Part shown: positions 27,353 through 37,982 of the stretch, piece after piece
Position numbering within the stretch: the first letter of the stretch is position 1
Layout: the number at the start of each line of letters is the position of its first letter
Made by a program: the position numbers and the translations under genes
Assembly (NCBI GenBank): GCA_964638495.1
Contig: CAZXBM010000008.1
Span: forward strand, 18,343 to 82,342
Direction of reading: 5' to 3'
Length of the DNA stretch: 64,000 bases
Origin: an uncultured Stakelama sp.
GTDB taxonomy: Bacteria; Pseudomonadota; Alphaproteobacteria; Sphingomonadales; Sphingomonadaceae
The notes under the pieces: generated by a model
The model's database searches: none
What the model was told of the DNA's origin: nothing
Seen by the model: the letters and a program-made list of their open reading frames with translations, nothing else

Positions 27353-27672
27353 TCATTCCAATCATAACAGATTTTGATTTAAGCGCGGAAGATCTCCGTC
27401 AAGCTGAGCAAATCCTGACCCGCTTGACCACCCGGCCTGGTTCGGTAGCTCTCGTTCGATCGACGCACGAACAATCGTTCCTTTTCAAGGAAACGCATAA
27501 TCGGATCGAATGACCGAGGTTGGGGGGTCTAGCTGCCACTGCCGCCTTCATGAACAAATTTCTGCATTGGTCATCCGGGCGGTCCAAGAACGGGTAAAAG
27601 CTCACACCCCCTTCCGGACGGTTGGCTGCCCAACTATTGCCGACATCAGCGCAGTGCGCCACACGCAGGCGA

Positions 27673-27993
27673 GTGAATGAGTCTACTACGATTGAGCGCC
27701 TGAAAGTCTGGGCGCGTAACTTGAAGCGTGACGTCCTTGCGCTATGGCTGGCTGCACGCGACGCTCGGGTTCCTTGGTATGCCAAAGTGCTCTCCGCCGC
27801 AGTTGCCGCCTATGCTCTTTCTCCCATCGACCTTATTCCTGACTTTATCCCGATCCTTGGCTATCTTGATGACCTGTTGATTGTACCCCTCGGCATATGG
27901 GCGGCGGTCAAGTTGATCCCCGAGCCGGTAATGGCCGACCTTCGCCTTAAGGCTCTTGGCCGCCGCAAACCGACATTGACCGGCCCCCACTGA
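27673..27993 (+). CDS. DUF1232 (YkvA-like) membrane protein; stop codon supplied by the IS end
   Basis: LKVWARNLKRDVLALWLAARDARVPWYAKVLSAAVAAYALSPIDLIPDFIPILGYLDDLLIVPLG is the DUF1232 core. GTG start at 27673 (track TTG at 27622 is also possible). The TGA at 27991-27993 is the first 3 nt of the IS terminal repeat. Confidence 0.75.
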   Translation: MNESTTIERLKVWARNLKRDVLALWLAARDARVPWYAKVLSAAVAAYALSPIDLIPDFIPILGYLDDLLIVPLGIWAAVKLIPEPVMADLRLKALGRRKPTLTGPH

Positions 27994-28010
27994 GTGGTCC
28001 GTGTTGATTG

Positions 28011-28916
28011 TTAGTGCATTGTTGCCTCCGTTGCCATTGCCGCCTGGAGGTGGAGCGTAGCGGAACCGGAAGGCGGCAATGGCGGCGAAGCAGTTTCCGG
28101 GGCCGGCGGTCGATAGCCCAGGCTGCTATGGGGGCGAACGGTGTTGTAATGCCGCCGCCACGCCTCGATCAGCACCCGCGCTTCGGTGAGCGTGTAGAAG
28201 ATCTCGCCATTGAGTAGTTCGTCGCGAAGCGACCCGTTGAAGCTCTCGTTGTAGCCGTTCTCCCATGGCGATGCCGGGGTGATGTAGAGCGTCGTCACGC
28301 CGATCCGCGCCAACCATGTCTGGACCGCCGTCGCGATAAACTCGCTGCCATTATCGGACCTGATATTGGCAGGCGGCCCGCGTGCTATAAACAACTCGGC
28401 CAGAGCCGCCAGTACGTCTTCGTGTTTGAGCTGGCGCGCCACGATCAGCGCGAGGCATTCCCGGCTGGCCTCATCAATGATGGTCAGGATACGGAACTTG
28501 CGGCCATCATGGGTGCGGCCTTCGACGAAGTCATAGGCCCAGACGTGCCCCGGATATTCGGGGCGCAGCCGGATGCATGACCCATCGTTTAACCAGAGCC
28601 GTCCGCGTTTCGGTTGCTTCTGCGGCACCTTCAGCCCCTCGCGCCGCCAGATACACTCGACGCGTTTGCGGTTCACCGTCCATCCCGCATCGCGCAGCAA
28701 CGCCGTCACCCGACGATAGCCGTAGCGACCATATTGCCGCGCCAAGGCCACAATGTCTTCGGTGAGCGCCAGCTCATCATCGGCCCCGCGCGGTACCTTG
28801 CGCTGCGTCGATCGATGCTGGCCAAGAACCCGGCAGACCCGTCGTTCGGATACTGCCAGCTCGGTTCGTACATGATCAATGCAGCGCCGTCGGCGCGCGG
28901 GGCTCAGAAGTTTCCC
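28011..28916 (-). CDS. IS3-family transposase OrfB (DDE integrase), expressed by -1 frameshift from OrfA
   Basis: The track ORF 28011..29090 frame contains [30 protein letters not shown]...IRSDNGSEF...[17 protein letters not shown] (a DDE triad context). Slippery heptamer G_GGA_AAC on the coding strand at 28910-28916. Confidence 0.85.
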   Translation of the reverse strand, partial: GKLLSPARRRRCIDHVRTELAVSERRVCRVLGQHRSTQRKVPRGADDELALTEDIVALARQYGRYGYRRVTALLRDAGWTVNRKRVECIWRREGLKVPQKQPKRGRLWLNDGSCIRLRPEYPGHVWAYDFVEGRTHDGRKFRILTIIDEASRECLALIVARQLKHEDVLAALAELFIARGPPANIRSDNGSEFIATAVQTWLARIGVTTLYITPASPWENGYNESFNGSLRDELLNGEIFYTLTEARVLIEAWRRHYNTVRPHSSLGYRPPAPETASPPLPPSGSATLHLQAAMATEATMH

Positions 28917-29185
28917 CGGGCGGCCTCCTGCAAGATCAGCTTGTCGAGCGTCAGGTCCGAGATTGCCCGCCTGAGCCGGAGGTTCTCCTTCTCCAGATCC
29001 TTCATCCGCCGCGCCTGGTCGGTCTTCAGACCGCCATACTCCTTGCGCCACCGATAATAGGTCTGTTCGGTAACCGCGATCCGCCGACACGCGTCGGCCG
29101 TGGTGCCACCCTGCGCCAGCACGATCTCTACCTCACGCAGCTTGCCGATAATCTCTTCCGGCTTGTGCCTCTTGCTCATTTCCAA
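28904..29185 (-). CDS. IS3-family transposase OrfA (HTH)
   Basis: 93 aa: [52 protein letters not shown]... followed by a leucine-zipper-like tail. Confidence 0.85.
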   Translation of the reverse strand: MEMSKRHKPEEIIGKLREVEIVLAQGGTTADACRRIAVTEQTYYRWRKEYGGLKTDQARRMKDLEKENLRLRRAISDLTLDKLILQEAARGNF

Positions 29186-29363
29186 ACTCCTTCATGATCC
29201 AAAATAACAGAAATTTTGGACCACTCAGAAGGGGGCAGATCACCCCGGCAGCGTTTATGATAGTCATCGCCCTGTCCATGGCCGTTTTCGAATGAATCGG
29301 GTTAGCAAACGGAAAATCTCTTACTGGTGTAACCGCCGCAGCATGTGATACGTAATTGTCGAT

Positions 29364-29690
29364 ATGAAGCGCTTGCTCATCCTTGTTCTGGCCTTGTTTG
29401 CCTTTGCGGCGCCGATGCCGGCGCTCGCCACGCAGGTGATGTGCGCCGATTCGATGCCAATGATGGCGTCGATGGATCACAGCATGAAAAAGGGCTCATG
29501 CTGTGACGAGAAGCACAAGGCTTGCCTTCAGGCGTGCGATGCGACCTGTGCCACAGCGATGGTCACGCCGCCCCAGGTGCCGGTTCGGTTGGCCCTTGCG
29601 CCTCCCAGCCTCCCAACCACCAGTCCCGCCAGCTTGACGATCGCCAAGATCGTCAGCGGCCTCGACCGACCTCCTCGAACGATCGTCTGA
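29364..29690 (+). CDS. small putative secreted Cys/Met-rich protein (P3) heading the cus operon; C-terminus LDRPPRTIV
   Basis: 108 aa with signal peptide MKRLLILVLALFAFAAPMPALA. The mature part has 6 Cys and 7 Met (VMCADSMPMMASMDHSMKKGSCCDEKHKACLQACDATC), then a Pro-rich segment and an RPP motif as in P1 and P2. Confidence 0.5.
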   Translation: MKRLLILVLALFAFAAPMPALATQVMCADSMPMMASMDHSMKKGSCCDEKHKACLQACDATCATAMVTPPQVPVRLALAPPSLPTTSPASLTIAKIVSGLDRPPRTIV

Positions 29691-29821
29691 CCCACGCCCG
29701 CTATCGGGCTCCCAATTTCGGATGCGAACGCCGCAGGCATTGGCCGGGCTACGCAAGGATCAAGACATCGACCGGCCCGACCCTTGAGCGGCGGGACCGG
29801 CATGCATTCGAGGATTATATC

Positions 29822-30133
29822 ATGAGTCGTTTTTCCAAGATCATTTTCGCTGCGGCCGCCCTTGTTGCCACCGTTGCCGGGGCCGCCCCGTCCTTTGCCG
29901 CCGCCCGCGCCGATAAGGGCTATCACTGGGAATATACGCCCGGCCCGCGCAGCACCCCACGCCGCGTGGCGGATCGGGTAGCTGCGCCTAAGAAAATTGC
30001 GACCAAAGCCGGTCACTGGCGTGTGGGCCCCGGTGCTCGCGGCACGGTGACATGGATCCCGGGATCCCCCACAGGCAGCACAATGGCAATCGAACGCATG
30101 GCCAGCGCCGCGTCGATGCCCAAGGGTAGCTGA
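29822..30133 (+). CDS. hypothetical secreted protein with a duplicated G(Y/H)W...PGxR motif
   Basis: Internal ATG of track ORF 29522..30133, preceded by AGGA. MSRFSKIIFAAAALVATVAGAAPSFAAA is a signal peptide. The repeats are KGYHWEYTPGPRST and KAGHWRVGPGARGT. Confidence 0.4.
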   Translation: MSRFSKIIFAAAALVATVAGAAPSFAAARADKGYHWEYTPGPRSTPRRVADRVAAPKKIATKAGHWRVGPGARGTVTWIPGSPTGSTMAIERMASAASMPKGS

Positions 30134-30266
30134 CCCTCGACGGTGCCTTTTCGGTTTGAACACCGGCGAGGTACTTTGCGAACAGATTTGAGGGCCGCCT
30201 TTCGGGGCGGGCCTCATTTCCGTTTTGGCCGGATTTGCGGCTAGACCAGTATCCGGGGGATACTTC

Positions 30267-31496
30267 ATGCGTCGTTATTTCGCTTTCTCGTCGATGATAC
30301 TCTTGTCAGCGCCTGCATTGGCGGAGCCGCTGACATTCAATGACGCGCTTGCGCGGGCAGACCGTGATGCGCCGAGCATTGCCGCGCGGGCAGCACGGGC
30401 CGATGCCGCGCGGTCGAGCGCTATTTCTGCTGATCGACTGCCCGATCCGAAACTAGAGGTGAAGCTTCAAGACTTTCCGATCACCGGCCCCGATGCAGGG
30501 AGGTTCAACCGTGATGATTTCACCATGGGCGTCATTGGGGTTAGCCAGGAAGTCCCGAACATCGCCAAGCGCCGCGCGCGAGCCACCCGCGCCGGGGCCG
30601 ATATCACCTTCGCCGACGCCGAGGCGTTAGCCGAGCGTCGGCGCGTTCGGATTGCCGCCGGGATGGCTTGGATAGACCTGTTCTATGCGGAGCAGCGTCT
30701 AACCATTCTCGATCGGCTCGGGCAACGGATCAGCGATCTGTCGGTGACATCGCCGGCTCGGCTGGCCAGCGGCAGTGCGCGACCTGCCGAGGCGATCGAG
30801 CCCCAGCGTTTGCAGGCCGAACTTGCCGACCGCCGCAGCGAGCGTGTCGCGCAGATAACCGCTGCGCGTGCGCGGCTGGCACGCTGGACCGGTGATCCCG
30901 ATCCTCAATTGGTCGGCCCAGCGCCCAACATGGTGGTCGATGCGACGGATCTGCGTGCTGGTCTATCGACCTTGCCGATGCTGAAGATCAAGGATGCTTC
31001 GGTCGGACAGGCGGCGGCGGACGTGCGGCTGGCGCAGGCCGAAAAACAGCCTGATTGGGAAGTCGCTGCGTCGTTGGGCAATCGGGAACCACGCTTCGGC
31101 AATTTTGCCAGCATCGGCGTGAAGATCGACCTGCCGTTTTTCGCAAAGCGGCGGCAAGACCCGATCATCGCCGCTAGAAGCAGCGAGATGGCGCGTGCCC
31201 AGTTTGACCGGCTTGATGCCGAACGCGAGCTGATCGCCGCGCTCGATAGTGATCTTGCCGATCACCGGATGCATCATGAGCGCTTCGAGCGCGGGCAAAC
31301 GACGCTGCTGCCGCTCGCCCGTCAACGTGCTGAACTCGACCGTGCCAGCTATGCCGCGGGGCGGATCGATCTTGGCATCGCACTGCAATCAGCGATCGGC
31401 TTGGCCGAAACCGAGATCGACCTGCTCGACCGCGAAGCCGATGTCGCGCGCGACAGCGTGCGGATCACGCTTACCTATCAGGGGGAACGGCCATGA
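30267..31496 (+). CDS. cusC: TolC-family outer membrane factor (CusC-like)
   Basis: ATG at 30267 preceded by GGGGGA gives MRRYFAFSSMILLSAPALAEP, a signal peptide. OEP repeats are present, and it is the first gene of a C-B-A-F order. Confidence 0.85.
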   Translation: MRRYFAFSSMILLSAPALAEPLTFNDALARADRDAPSIAARAARADAARSSAISADRLPDPKLEVKLQDFPITGPDAGRFNRDDFTMGVIGVSQEVPNIAKRRARATRAGADITFADAEALAERRRVRIAAGMAWIDLFYAEQRLTILDRLGQRISDLSVTSPARLASGSARPAEAIEPQRLQAELADRRSERVAQITAARARLARWTGDPDPQLVGPAPNMVVDATDLRAGLSTLPMLKIKDASVGQAAADVRLAQAEKQPDWEVAASLGNREPRFGNFASIGVKIDLPFFAKRRQDPIIAARSSEMARAQFDRLDAERELIAALDSDLADHRMHHERFERGQTTLLPLARQRAELDRASYAAGRIDLGIALQSAIGLAETEIDLLDREADVARDSVRITLTYQGERP

Positions 31497-32749
31497 AGAT
31501 GACATCGCTTCAGGCGTCGCAACTCGCCGCAGCACTCGCCGGTGTGGCGCTCATCGGCTTTGTCGCGGGTCGCTATGCATCGCCATCGGGAGGCGCGACG
31601 CCGTCTGCTGCTGCAACGTCAGGCAAGCAACCGCTCTATTATTACGATCCGATGTTTCCGAACCAAAAGTTCGACAAGCCCGGCAAGTCGCCCTTCATGG
31701 ACATGGAGCTCGTCCCCAAATTCGCCGACGAAGGCGCTGGTGGCGCCAGCGCTAGTGGGCCGCCATCGGTGACAATCAACCCGGCAGCGATGCAAAATCT
31801 CGGCGTGCGCATCGTCGCGGCGAAGCGCGATACGCTGGCTACCGGGCAGGATGTGACTGGCGTGATCGCGTTCAACGAGCGCAACGTCGCCATCGTGCAA
31901 GCACGTGCCGCGGGCTTCGTCCAGCGCGGTTATGGCCGAGCACCGGGTGACCTAGTGGTCGCGGGCGCGCCGCTGGCTGATGTGCTGGTACCCGAATGGG
32001 GCGGGGCGCAGCGCGAGTATCTGGCCGTGCGGCGCACCGGCAATGCCGCGCTGACATCGGCGGCGCGGCAGCGCCTAATGCTGTTGGGGATGCCCGCAGG
32101 GCTGATCGCGGCGGTCGCGCGCAGCGGCCGGGTGCGTGACGTGGCCACGGTAACGACGCCGTCGGGCGGGGTGATCGACACGCTCGATGTGCGCCCCGGC
32201 ATGACGCTCGCGATGGGCCAGCCGCTCGCGCGCATCGTCGGGCTGGGCACGGTGTGGCTCGATGCAGCCGTGCCTGAGGCGCGGATCGGCGATGTTCGGC
32301 CCGGTGCGGCGGTGACGGCCGCTCTGTCGGCTTTTCCCGGTGAGCGCTTTCCCGGGCGCGTCCAGGCGATCCTGCCGACCGCGCAGTCCGAAAGTCGGAC
32401 GGTCACGGTCCGGGTCGAGCTGCAGAACCGGGGCTTGCGGCTCCGCCCCGGCATGTTCGCGCGCGTTTCGTTGGGCCAGAGCGAGACCAGCGCGCTGCTG
32501 ATCCCGACCGAAGCCGTAATCCGCACCGGCAAACGCACGGTGGTGATGCTGGCGGCGGGCGATGGCCGCTATCATCCCGCCGAAGTGCAGATCGGGCGCG
32601 AAAGCGGCGGGCGCAGTGAAGTGCTCGCTGGGCTCGGTGAGGGCGAAAAGGTCGTCGCATCGGGGCAGTTTCTGCTCGATTCCGAAGCGAGCCTGACGGG
32701 CATTCCCGTTCGCGCGATCGGCGCCGCCCCAACGAGCAAGGCCAAGTGA
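31493..32749 (+). CDS. cusB: Cu(I)/Ag(I) efflux RND adaptor (CusB-like)
   Basis: 418 aa. [27 protein letters not shown] matches the CusB N-terminal metal-site region (E. coli [26 protein letters not shown]). 4-nt overlaps on both sides. Confidence 0.9.
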   Translation: MKMTSLQASQLAAALAGVALIGFVAGRYASPSGGATPSAAATSGKQPLYYYDPMFPNQKFDKPGKSPFMDMELVPKFADEGAGGASASGPPSVTINPAAMQNLGVRIVAAKRDTLATGQDVTGVIAFNERNVAIVQARAAGFVQRGYGRAPGDLVVAGAPLADVLVPEWGGAQREYLAVRRTGNAALTSAARQRLMLLGMPAGLIAAVARSGRVRDVATVTTPSGGVIDTLDVRPGMTLAMGQPLARIVGLGTVWLDAAVPEARIGDVRPGAAVTAALSAFPGERFPGRVQAILPTAQSESRTVTVRVELQNRGLRLRPGMFARVSLGQSETSALLIPTEAVIRTGKRTVVMLAAGDGRYHPAEVQIGRESGGRSEVLAGLGEGEKVVASGQFLLDSEASLTGIPVRAIGAAPTSKAK

Positions 32750-35700
32750 TCGCCGCGATCATCCGCTGGTCGATCGGGCAGCGGCTGTTCGTTTTGCTGG
32801 CCGCCTTGCTGGTCGTGGCGGCGGGCGTCATCGCTGTCCGATCGACCGCGATCGACGCGCTGCCCGATCTGTCCGACGTGCAGGTCATCATCCGGACCAA
32901 CTATCCGGGACAGGCACCGCGCATCGTTGAGAATCAGGTTACGTATCCGTTGGCGACGACGATGCTGTCGGTGCCCGGCGCGCGTGTCGTCCGGGGTTAT
33001 TCGTTCGTTGGCTACAGCCTAGTCTATGTGCTTTTCGAGGATGGCACCGATCTCTACTGGGCGCGCAGCCGGGTGCTGGAATATCTGAGTCAGGTGCAGG
33101 CCCAATTACCGACGGGTGCGAAGACCGAGCTCGGCCCGGACGCAACCGGGGTCGGCTGGATCTATGAATATGCGCTGGTCGACCGCACCGGTCGCAACGA
33201 CCTGTCGCAGCTGCGCAGCCTCCAGGACTGGTTTTTGCGTTATGAGCTGAAGACCATCCCCGGCGTCAGCGAAGTCGCCGCTGTCGGTGGGATGGTCAGG
33301 CAATATCAGGTGGTGCTCGATCCCGACAAGCTGATCGCATACGGCGTGCCGCATGACGCAGTGATCGACGCCATCAAGCGCGGTAATCAGGAGGCCGGCG
33401 GCTCGGTGATCGAGCAGGCCGAGACTGAATACATCGTCCGCGCGAGCGGCTATCTCGCCAATCTAGACGATTTTCGTGCCTTGCCGATCAGGACGACGGC
33501 GGGCGGCGTACCGATCACGTTGGCCGATGTCGCCACGGTCCAGGTCGGGCCGGACATGCGCCGCGGGGTCGCCGAACTGAACGGCCAAGGCGAAGTCACT
33601 GGCGGCATCATCGTGCTCAGGTCGGGCGCGAATGCCCGCGCAGCGATCAGCGCGGTCAAGGCCAAGCTCGAAACGCTGAAGGCCAGCCTGCCGCCGGGCG
33701 TCGAGATCGTGCCGACCTATGACCGCTCGGCGCTGATCGGGCGATCGGTCGACAATCTGACGAGCAAGCTGGTCGAGGAGTTCATTGTCGTTGCCCTCGT
33801 CTGCGCGCTGTTCCTGTGGCACGTCCGCTCGGCGCTGGTCGCGGTGGTGACACTGCCACTGGGCATTCTTGCGGCGTTCATCGTGATGCGGACGCAAGGC
33901 ATCAACGCCAACATCATGTCGCTAGGCGGGATCGCGATTGCGATCGGCGCGATGGTCGATGCCGCGGTCGTGATGATCGAGAATGCGCATAAACATCTGG
34001 AGCATTGGACAAGGGACAATCCCGGTTCCGAGCTTAAGGGGCCAGCCCGCTGGACCGTGATCGCTGAGGCGGCGGCAGAAGTCGGCCCCGCGCTGTTCCT
34101 GAGCCTGATGATCATCGCGCTGTCGTTCATCCCCGTCTTCGCGCTGCAGGGGCAGGAAGGTCGCCTGTTCGCGCCGCTCGCCTTCACGAAAACCTATGCG
34201 ATGGCAGCCGCCGCGATCCTGTCGGTGACATTGGTGCCGGTGCTGATGGGCTATCTCATCCGGGGCCGCATCCCCGCTGAAAGCGCCAACCCGATCAACC
34301 GGGTGCTGACCGCAATCTATCGGCCCGCGCTCGACTGGGTGCTGGTCTACCCGAAACGGACCCTCATGATTGCAGGTCTCGTGTTTGCAACCAGCCTGTT
34401 CCCATTGTCGCAACTGGGCGGCGAATTCATGCCGCAAATCGATGAGGGGGATCTGCTCTATATGCCCTCCGCGCTGCCCGGCATATCAACCGCCAAGGCT
34501 GCGCAACTGCTCCAGCAGACCGACCGGCTGATCAAGACGGTGCCCGAAGTCGACAGCGTGTTCGGCAAGGCCGGTCGTGCCGAAACCGCAACCGACCCCG
34601 CGCCGATGGAAATGTTCGAGACGACGATCCGGTTCAAACCGCGTGACCAATGGCGGCCAGGCATGACGCCCGACAAGCTGATCGATGCGCTCGATCATGC
34701 GGTAAAAGTCCCCGGCCTTGCCAATTTCTGGATTCCGCCGATCCGCAACCGGATCGACATGCTCGCCACAGGCATCAAGAGCGCGATCGGGATCAAGGTC
34801 GCCGGTGCCGACATCGCCCAGATCGACGCGACCGCCAAACGTATCGAAACCGTGTCGAAAACCGTGCCTGATGTGTCGTCAGTGCTCGCCGAGCGACTGA
34901 CCGGCGGCAGATACATCGATGTCGATATCGATCGGTTCGCAGCCTCGCGCTTCGGCATGAACATCGCCGATGTCCAGTCGATCGTCTCCAGCGCGATTGG
35001 CGGGGAGACCGTCGGGCAGACGGTCGAAGGGTTGGCGCGCTATCCGATCAGCGTGCGCTACCCGCGCGAGCTACGCGACAGTGCCGACGCGCTACGCAAC
35101 CTGCGCTTTCTGGCACCTGGCGGGCAGCAGGTGACACTCGGCACCGTCGCCACGATAAGCACGAGCGAAGGCCCGCCGATGCTACGAAGCGAAAACGGGC
35201 GCCCGGTGACGTGGATCTATGTCGATGCGCGCGGCCGCGACCTGACCTCAATCGTCGCCGATCTTCAGCGTGTGATCGCCCGCGACGTCAAGCTGCCGCC
35301 GGGGATCAGTGTGAGTTTTACCGGGCAGTTCGAATATCTCGCGCGCGCCCGTGAGCGGCTGACGGTGGTGGTGCCGGCGACGCTGCTGATCATCTTCGTG
35401 CTGCTCTACGTCACGTTCGGACGGTTCGACGAGGCGTTGCTCGTGATGGCGACGTTGCCGTTCGCGCTGACCGGCGGGTTCTGGTTGCTCTGGCTGCTTG
35501 GCTATAACCAGTCGGTGGCGACCGCCGTCGGGTTCATTGCGCTGGCGGGAGTGGCGGCGGAATTTGGGGTGGTGATGCTCATCTATCTCAAGCACGCGCT
35601 CGCCGATCGCGGCATCGACCCGTCCCCTACTGACGTCGAGGCAGCGGTGCGCGAAGGCGCGCTACTACGCGTGCGGCCCAAGGCCATGACGGTCGCGGTG

Positions 35701-35895
35701 ATCCTGGCGGGGCTATTCCCGGTGCTGATCGAAACGGGCACGGGCTCCGAGGTCACCAGCCGTATCGCTGCGCCAATGATCGGCGGGATGCTCACCGCGC
35801 CGTTCCTGTCGATGCTGGTCATTCCCGCTGGATATCTGCTGATGCGACGGCGTCGATCACAACCCACCCCCGACAATCAAGGAGGATTGATATGA
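32746..35895 (+). CDS. cusA: CusA-type Cu(I)/Ag(I) HME-RND pump
   Basis: 1049 aa. TMH4 reads [19 protein letters not shown] (AIG-DAA-VEN type). Met-site contexts [15 protein letters not shown] and [10 protein letters not shown] parallel the E. coli CusA three-methionine site. Confidence 0.95.
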   Translation: MIAAIIRWSIGQRLFVLLAALLVVAAGVIAVRSTAIDALPDLSDVQVIIRTNYPGQAPRIVENQVTYPLATTMLSVPGARVVRGYSFVGYSLVYVLFEDGTDLYWARSRVLEYLSQVQAQLPTGAKTELGPDATGVGWIYEYALVDRTGRNDLSQLRSLQDWFLRYELKTIPGVSEVAAVGGMVRQYQVVLDPDKLIAYGVPHDAVIDAIKRGNQEAGGSVIEQAETEYIVRASGYLANLDDFRALPIRTTAGGVPITLADVATVQVGPDMRRGVAELNGQGEVTGGIIVLRSGANARAAISAVKAKLETLKASLPPGVEIVPTYDRSALIGRSVDNLTSKLVEEFIVVALVCALFLWHVRSALVAVVTLPLGILAAFIVMRTQGINANIMSLGGIAIAIGAMVDAAVVMIENAHKHLEHWTRDNPGSELKGPARWTVIAEAAAEVGPALFLSLMIIALSFIPVFALQGQEGRLFAPLAFTKTYAMAAAAILSVTLVPVLMGYLIRGRIPAESANPINRVLTAIYRPALDWVLVYPKRTLMIAGLVFATSLFPLSQLGGEFMPQIDEGDLLYMPSALPGISTAKAAQLLQQTDRLIKTVPEVDSVFGKAGRAETATDPAPMEMFETTIRFKPRDQWRPGMTPDKLIDALDHAVKVPGLANFWIPPIRNRIDMLATGIKSAIGIKVAGADIAQIDATAKRIETVSKTVPDVSSVLAERLTGGRYIDVDIDRFAASRFGMNIADVQSIVSSAIGGETVGQTVEGLARYPISVRYPRELRDSADALRNLRFLAPGGQQVTLGTVATISTSEGPPMLRSENGRPVTWIYVDARGRDLTSIVADLQRVIARDVKLPPGISVSFTGQFEYLARARERLTVVVPATLLIIFVLLYVTFGRFDEALLVMATLPFALTGGFWLLWLLGYNQSVATAVGFIALAGVAAEFGVVMLIYLKHALADRGIDPSPTDVEAAVREGALLRVRPKAMTVAVILAGLFPVLIETGTGSEVTSRIAAPMIGGMLTAPFLSMLVIPAGYLLMRRRRSQPTPDNQGGLI

Positions 35896-36230
35896 AGACA
35901 ATTGCGTTTCTTGCGCCCCTGTTGCTGGCTGCGGCTTGCAGTAGTCCAGCCCCGACGACCCAGGCGACCGGCAATGCTGCAAAAAGCGTTGTCGCCCTGG
36001 CCGAGCCCAAATCCGCATCGGGGGAGGGCTCCATTACCGCGATCGACCCCGACACCGGCAAGATCACACTGGCCCACGGCCCAATCGCTGAACTGAGCTG
36101 GCCGGCGATGACGATGGGATTCGCTGGCAAAGAGGAACAGTTTGGCGGGCTGAAGGTCGGCGACAAGGTCAGGTTCAAATTTCGATGGGACGGCAATACG
36201 GCTGAAATCGAGTCGATCGACAAGATTTAG
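35892..36230 (+). CDS. cusF: CusF-like periplasmic Cu(I)/Ag(I) chaperone (lipoprotein form)
   Basis: 112 aa with lipobox [28 protein letters not shown] carries the His / Trp / Met-x-Met CusF site. Confidence 0.85.
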   Translation: MKTIAFLAPLLLAAACSSPAPTTQATGNAAKSVVALAEPKSASGEGSITAIDPDTGKITLAHGPIAELSWPAMTMGFAGKEEQFGGLKVGDKVRFKFRWDGNTAEIESIDKI

Positions 36231-36455
36231 CGATTGAGGCCGGCAGCGATTCCAGTTGTCGGTCCCGCCATAGCCCCGTCGTCGTACCCAATTGGCCGGT
36301 CCACGCGTCGATCACACGACTACCAGCGACACTGGGGACCAGCTTTAGGATAACCATGCCAAAGCCGACGATGCCTATGGCGAGGCGTAATTGACGCTGT
36401 AAACTTTTGATAAGTGTGACGTTATTGAACAAAAGCTAACTCACGGCGCGCGGTG

Positions 36456-37076
36456 CTAACGAGGAATGTCTCGCTCTCGTCGTTCTTTGAGGGCCTCGCA
36501 ATACCAAATGAACTCGTCGAGAAACCGCGCCAGCGAGGCGTCGAGTCCAGGTGTTGCGGCATTGCCCTCATGGTCGATCGCTTCGGCGATACGCGGGATC
36601 GGCATGAGGCTCGGTACGCTCGACATTCCAAGTTCGGCGAGCGTCATGCGCAGTTGCATCGCGGCGCGGACACCGCCGAACTGGCCGCCGGAGTAACACA
36701 CGATTCCGGATGGTCGCCAGAAATATTCTTCGAGAAAGGTATCGAGCAGGTTTTTGAGCGCAGCCGGCGCTGCATGGTTATATTCGCCGCTGACGATCAG
36801 GAACCCGTCGGCGCGACGGTATAAGTCGGCAAGATCGTCGAGCGGCGCAGGCGCGGTAGCGGGCGGAAACTCCTTGTACATGCGATCGAGCAACGGCAGG
36901 CCGATCGCAGCCGCATCCACGAGCACGGGGGTGTGCCCGCGCGCCTTCAGCGCCGCCATCACCCAGTGGCAGGCGCGGATGCCCGCGCGGTCGTGCCGCA
37001 CCGACCCGAAAAGGATCGGGATCGAAAGCGACGCGCTGGTCGCCGATCCCACCATTGCGCCTTCATTCGGGCTCAT
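36456..37076 (-). CDS. NAD(P)H-dependent FMN reductase family oxidoreductase
   Basis: 206 aa. ILFGSVRHDRAG...ADGFLIVSGEYNHAAPAALKNLLD matches the FMN_red (YieF/ChrR-like) pattern. Confidence 0.8.
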   Translation of the reverse strand: MSPNEGAMVGSATSASLSIPILFGSVRHDRAGIRACHWVMAALKARGHTPVLVDAAAIGLPLLDRMYKEFPPATAPAPLDDLADLYRRADGFLIVSGEYNHAAPAALKNLLDTFLEEYFWRPSGIVCYSGGQFGGVRAAMQLRMTLAELGMSSVPSLMPIPRIAEAIDHEGNAATPGLDASLARFLDEFIWYCEALKERRERDIPR

Positions 37077-37133
37077 CGAGACACGTCCCTTACCACCAAA
37101 GTCACAATCCCTTTCTCCGCAACAGCGATCGTC

Positions 37134-37856
37134 TCAATACATATGCTGCCCGCCGTTGATACTGAGCGTCGATCCAGTGACGAATCCGCTTTCCTCAGCA
37201 CAAAGAAAGGCAACGCCGCGCGCAATCTCATGTGCTTCGCCTAGACGGCCGACGGGAATCTTCGCAACGATCTTTTCGAGGTGCTCCGGCGCGACCGACG
37301 CAACCATGTCGGTGGCGATATAGCCCGGGGCGACGGTGTTGACGGTGATCCCGGCACGCGCGCCTTCCTGCGCCAATGCCTTTGTGAAGCCGTGGATCGC
37401 CGCTTTCGACGCGGAATAGTTGACTTGGCCGAACTGCCCGGCCTGGCCGTTGATCGAGCCGATGTTGACAATCCGGCCCCACGTTCGTTCGCGCATTCCC
37501 GGAAACACAGCCTTGACCATGTTGAAGCAGCCGGTGAGATTGGTGTCGATGACGTCGGACCACGCTTGGGGCGTGAGTTTCAGGATCGAGCTGTCGCGCG
37601 TGACGCCGGCATTGTTGATGAGAATGTCGACCGGGCCGATTTCGCGTTCGACCGCCTGCACGGCGGCTTGGCAAGCGTCGTAGTCGGCGACGTCCCACTG
37701 GAAGGTCATGATCCCGCTGCGGGCGGCGAAGTCGCGCGCACGCTCCGCATTGCGCGTGAAATTCGCTGCGACGGTGATGCCGAGATCACGCAGCGCCAAG
37801 CTGACGGCCTCGCCGATGCCCCTCGTTCCGCCGGTTACGATTGCGACGCGCGACAT
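37134..37856 (-). CDS. phbB: acetoacetyl-CoA reductase (SDR)
   Basis: 240 aa: MSRVAIVTGGTRGIG...NNAGVTRD...NYSASKAAIHGFTKALAQE...INGGQHMY. Length and motifs are typical of PhbB. Confidence 0.85.
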   Translation of the reverse strand: MSRVAIVTGGTRGIGEAVSLALRDLGITVAANFTRNAERARDFAARSGIMTFQWDVADYDACQAAVQAVEREIGPVDILINNAGVTRDSSILKLTPQAWSDVIDTNLTGCFNMVKAVFPGMRERTWGRIVNIGSINGQAGQFGQVNYSASKAAIHGFTKALAQEGARAGITVNTVAPGYIATDMVASVAPEHLEKIVAKIPVGRLGEAHEIARGVAFLCAEESGFVTGSTLSINGGQHMY

Positions 37857-37982
37857 ATTTGGCTCCCGGTCATGGGGTGTTTTCGTTCAGGTCTGGCCGG
37901 CGGCTGCGCGGGCGCATGAGGCCGCGTTGGCCGCTTAATGAGCAGACGAGCGCCGCGCGTGGGTGACGTATTTCGCGCGAAT

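Larger units (their letters stand above)
27991..29227 (-). mobile_element. IS3-family insertion sequence (IS407-like orfA/orfB organisation), 1237 bp
   Basis: Terminal inverted repeats TGAGTGGTCC (27991-28000) and GGACCACTCA (29218-29227), with the TG...CA ends typical of IS3. Contains orfA and orfB in the -1 frame. Flanking bases (CCAC / GAAG) show no target duplication. Confidence 0.85.

Noticed and set aside
29310-29335. TTAC-tggt-GTAA inverted repeat upstream of P3 as a possible CopR/CusR or CueR box
   Set aside because: It has only 4-bp arms, does not match the operator consensus sequences I recall, and no cognate regulator is encoded nearby.
36175-36432. 85-aa minus-strand ORF downstream of cusF, and ORF 27289..27513 downstream of the PepSY gene
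   Set aside because: There are no motifs, and each overlaps the 3' end of a supported gene or lies in AT-richer spacer. Evidence for coding is insufficient.
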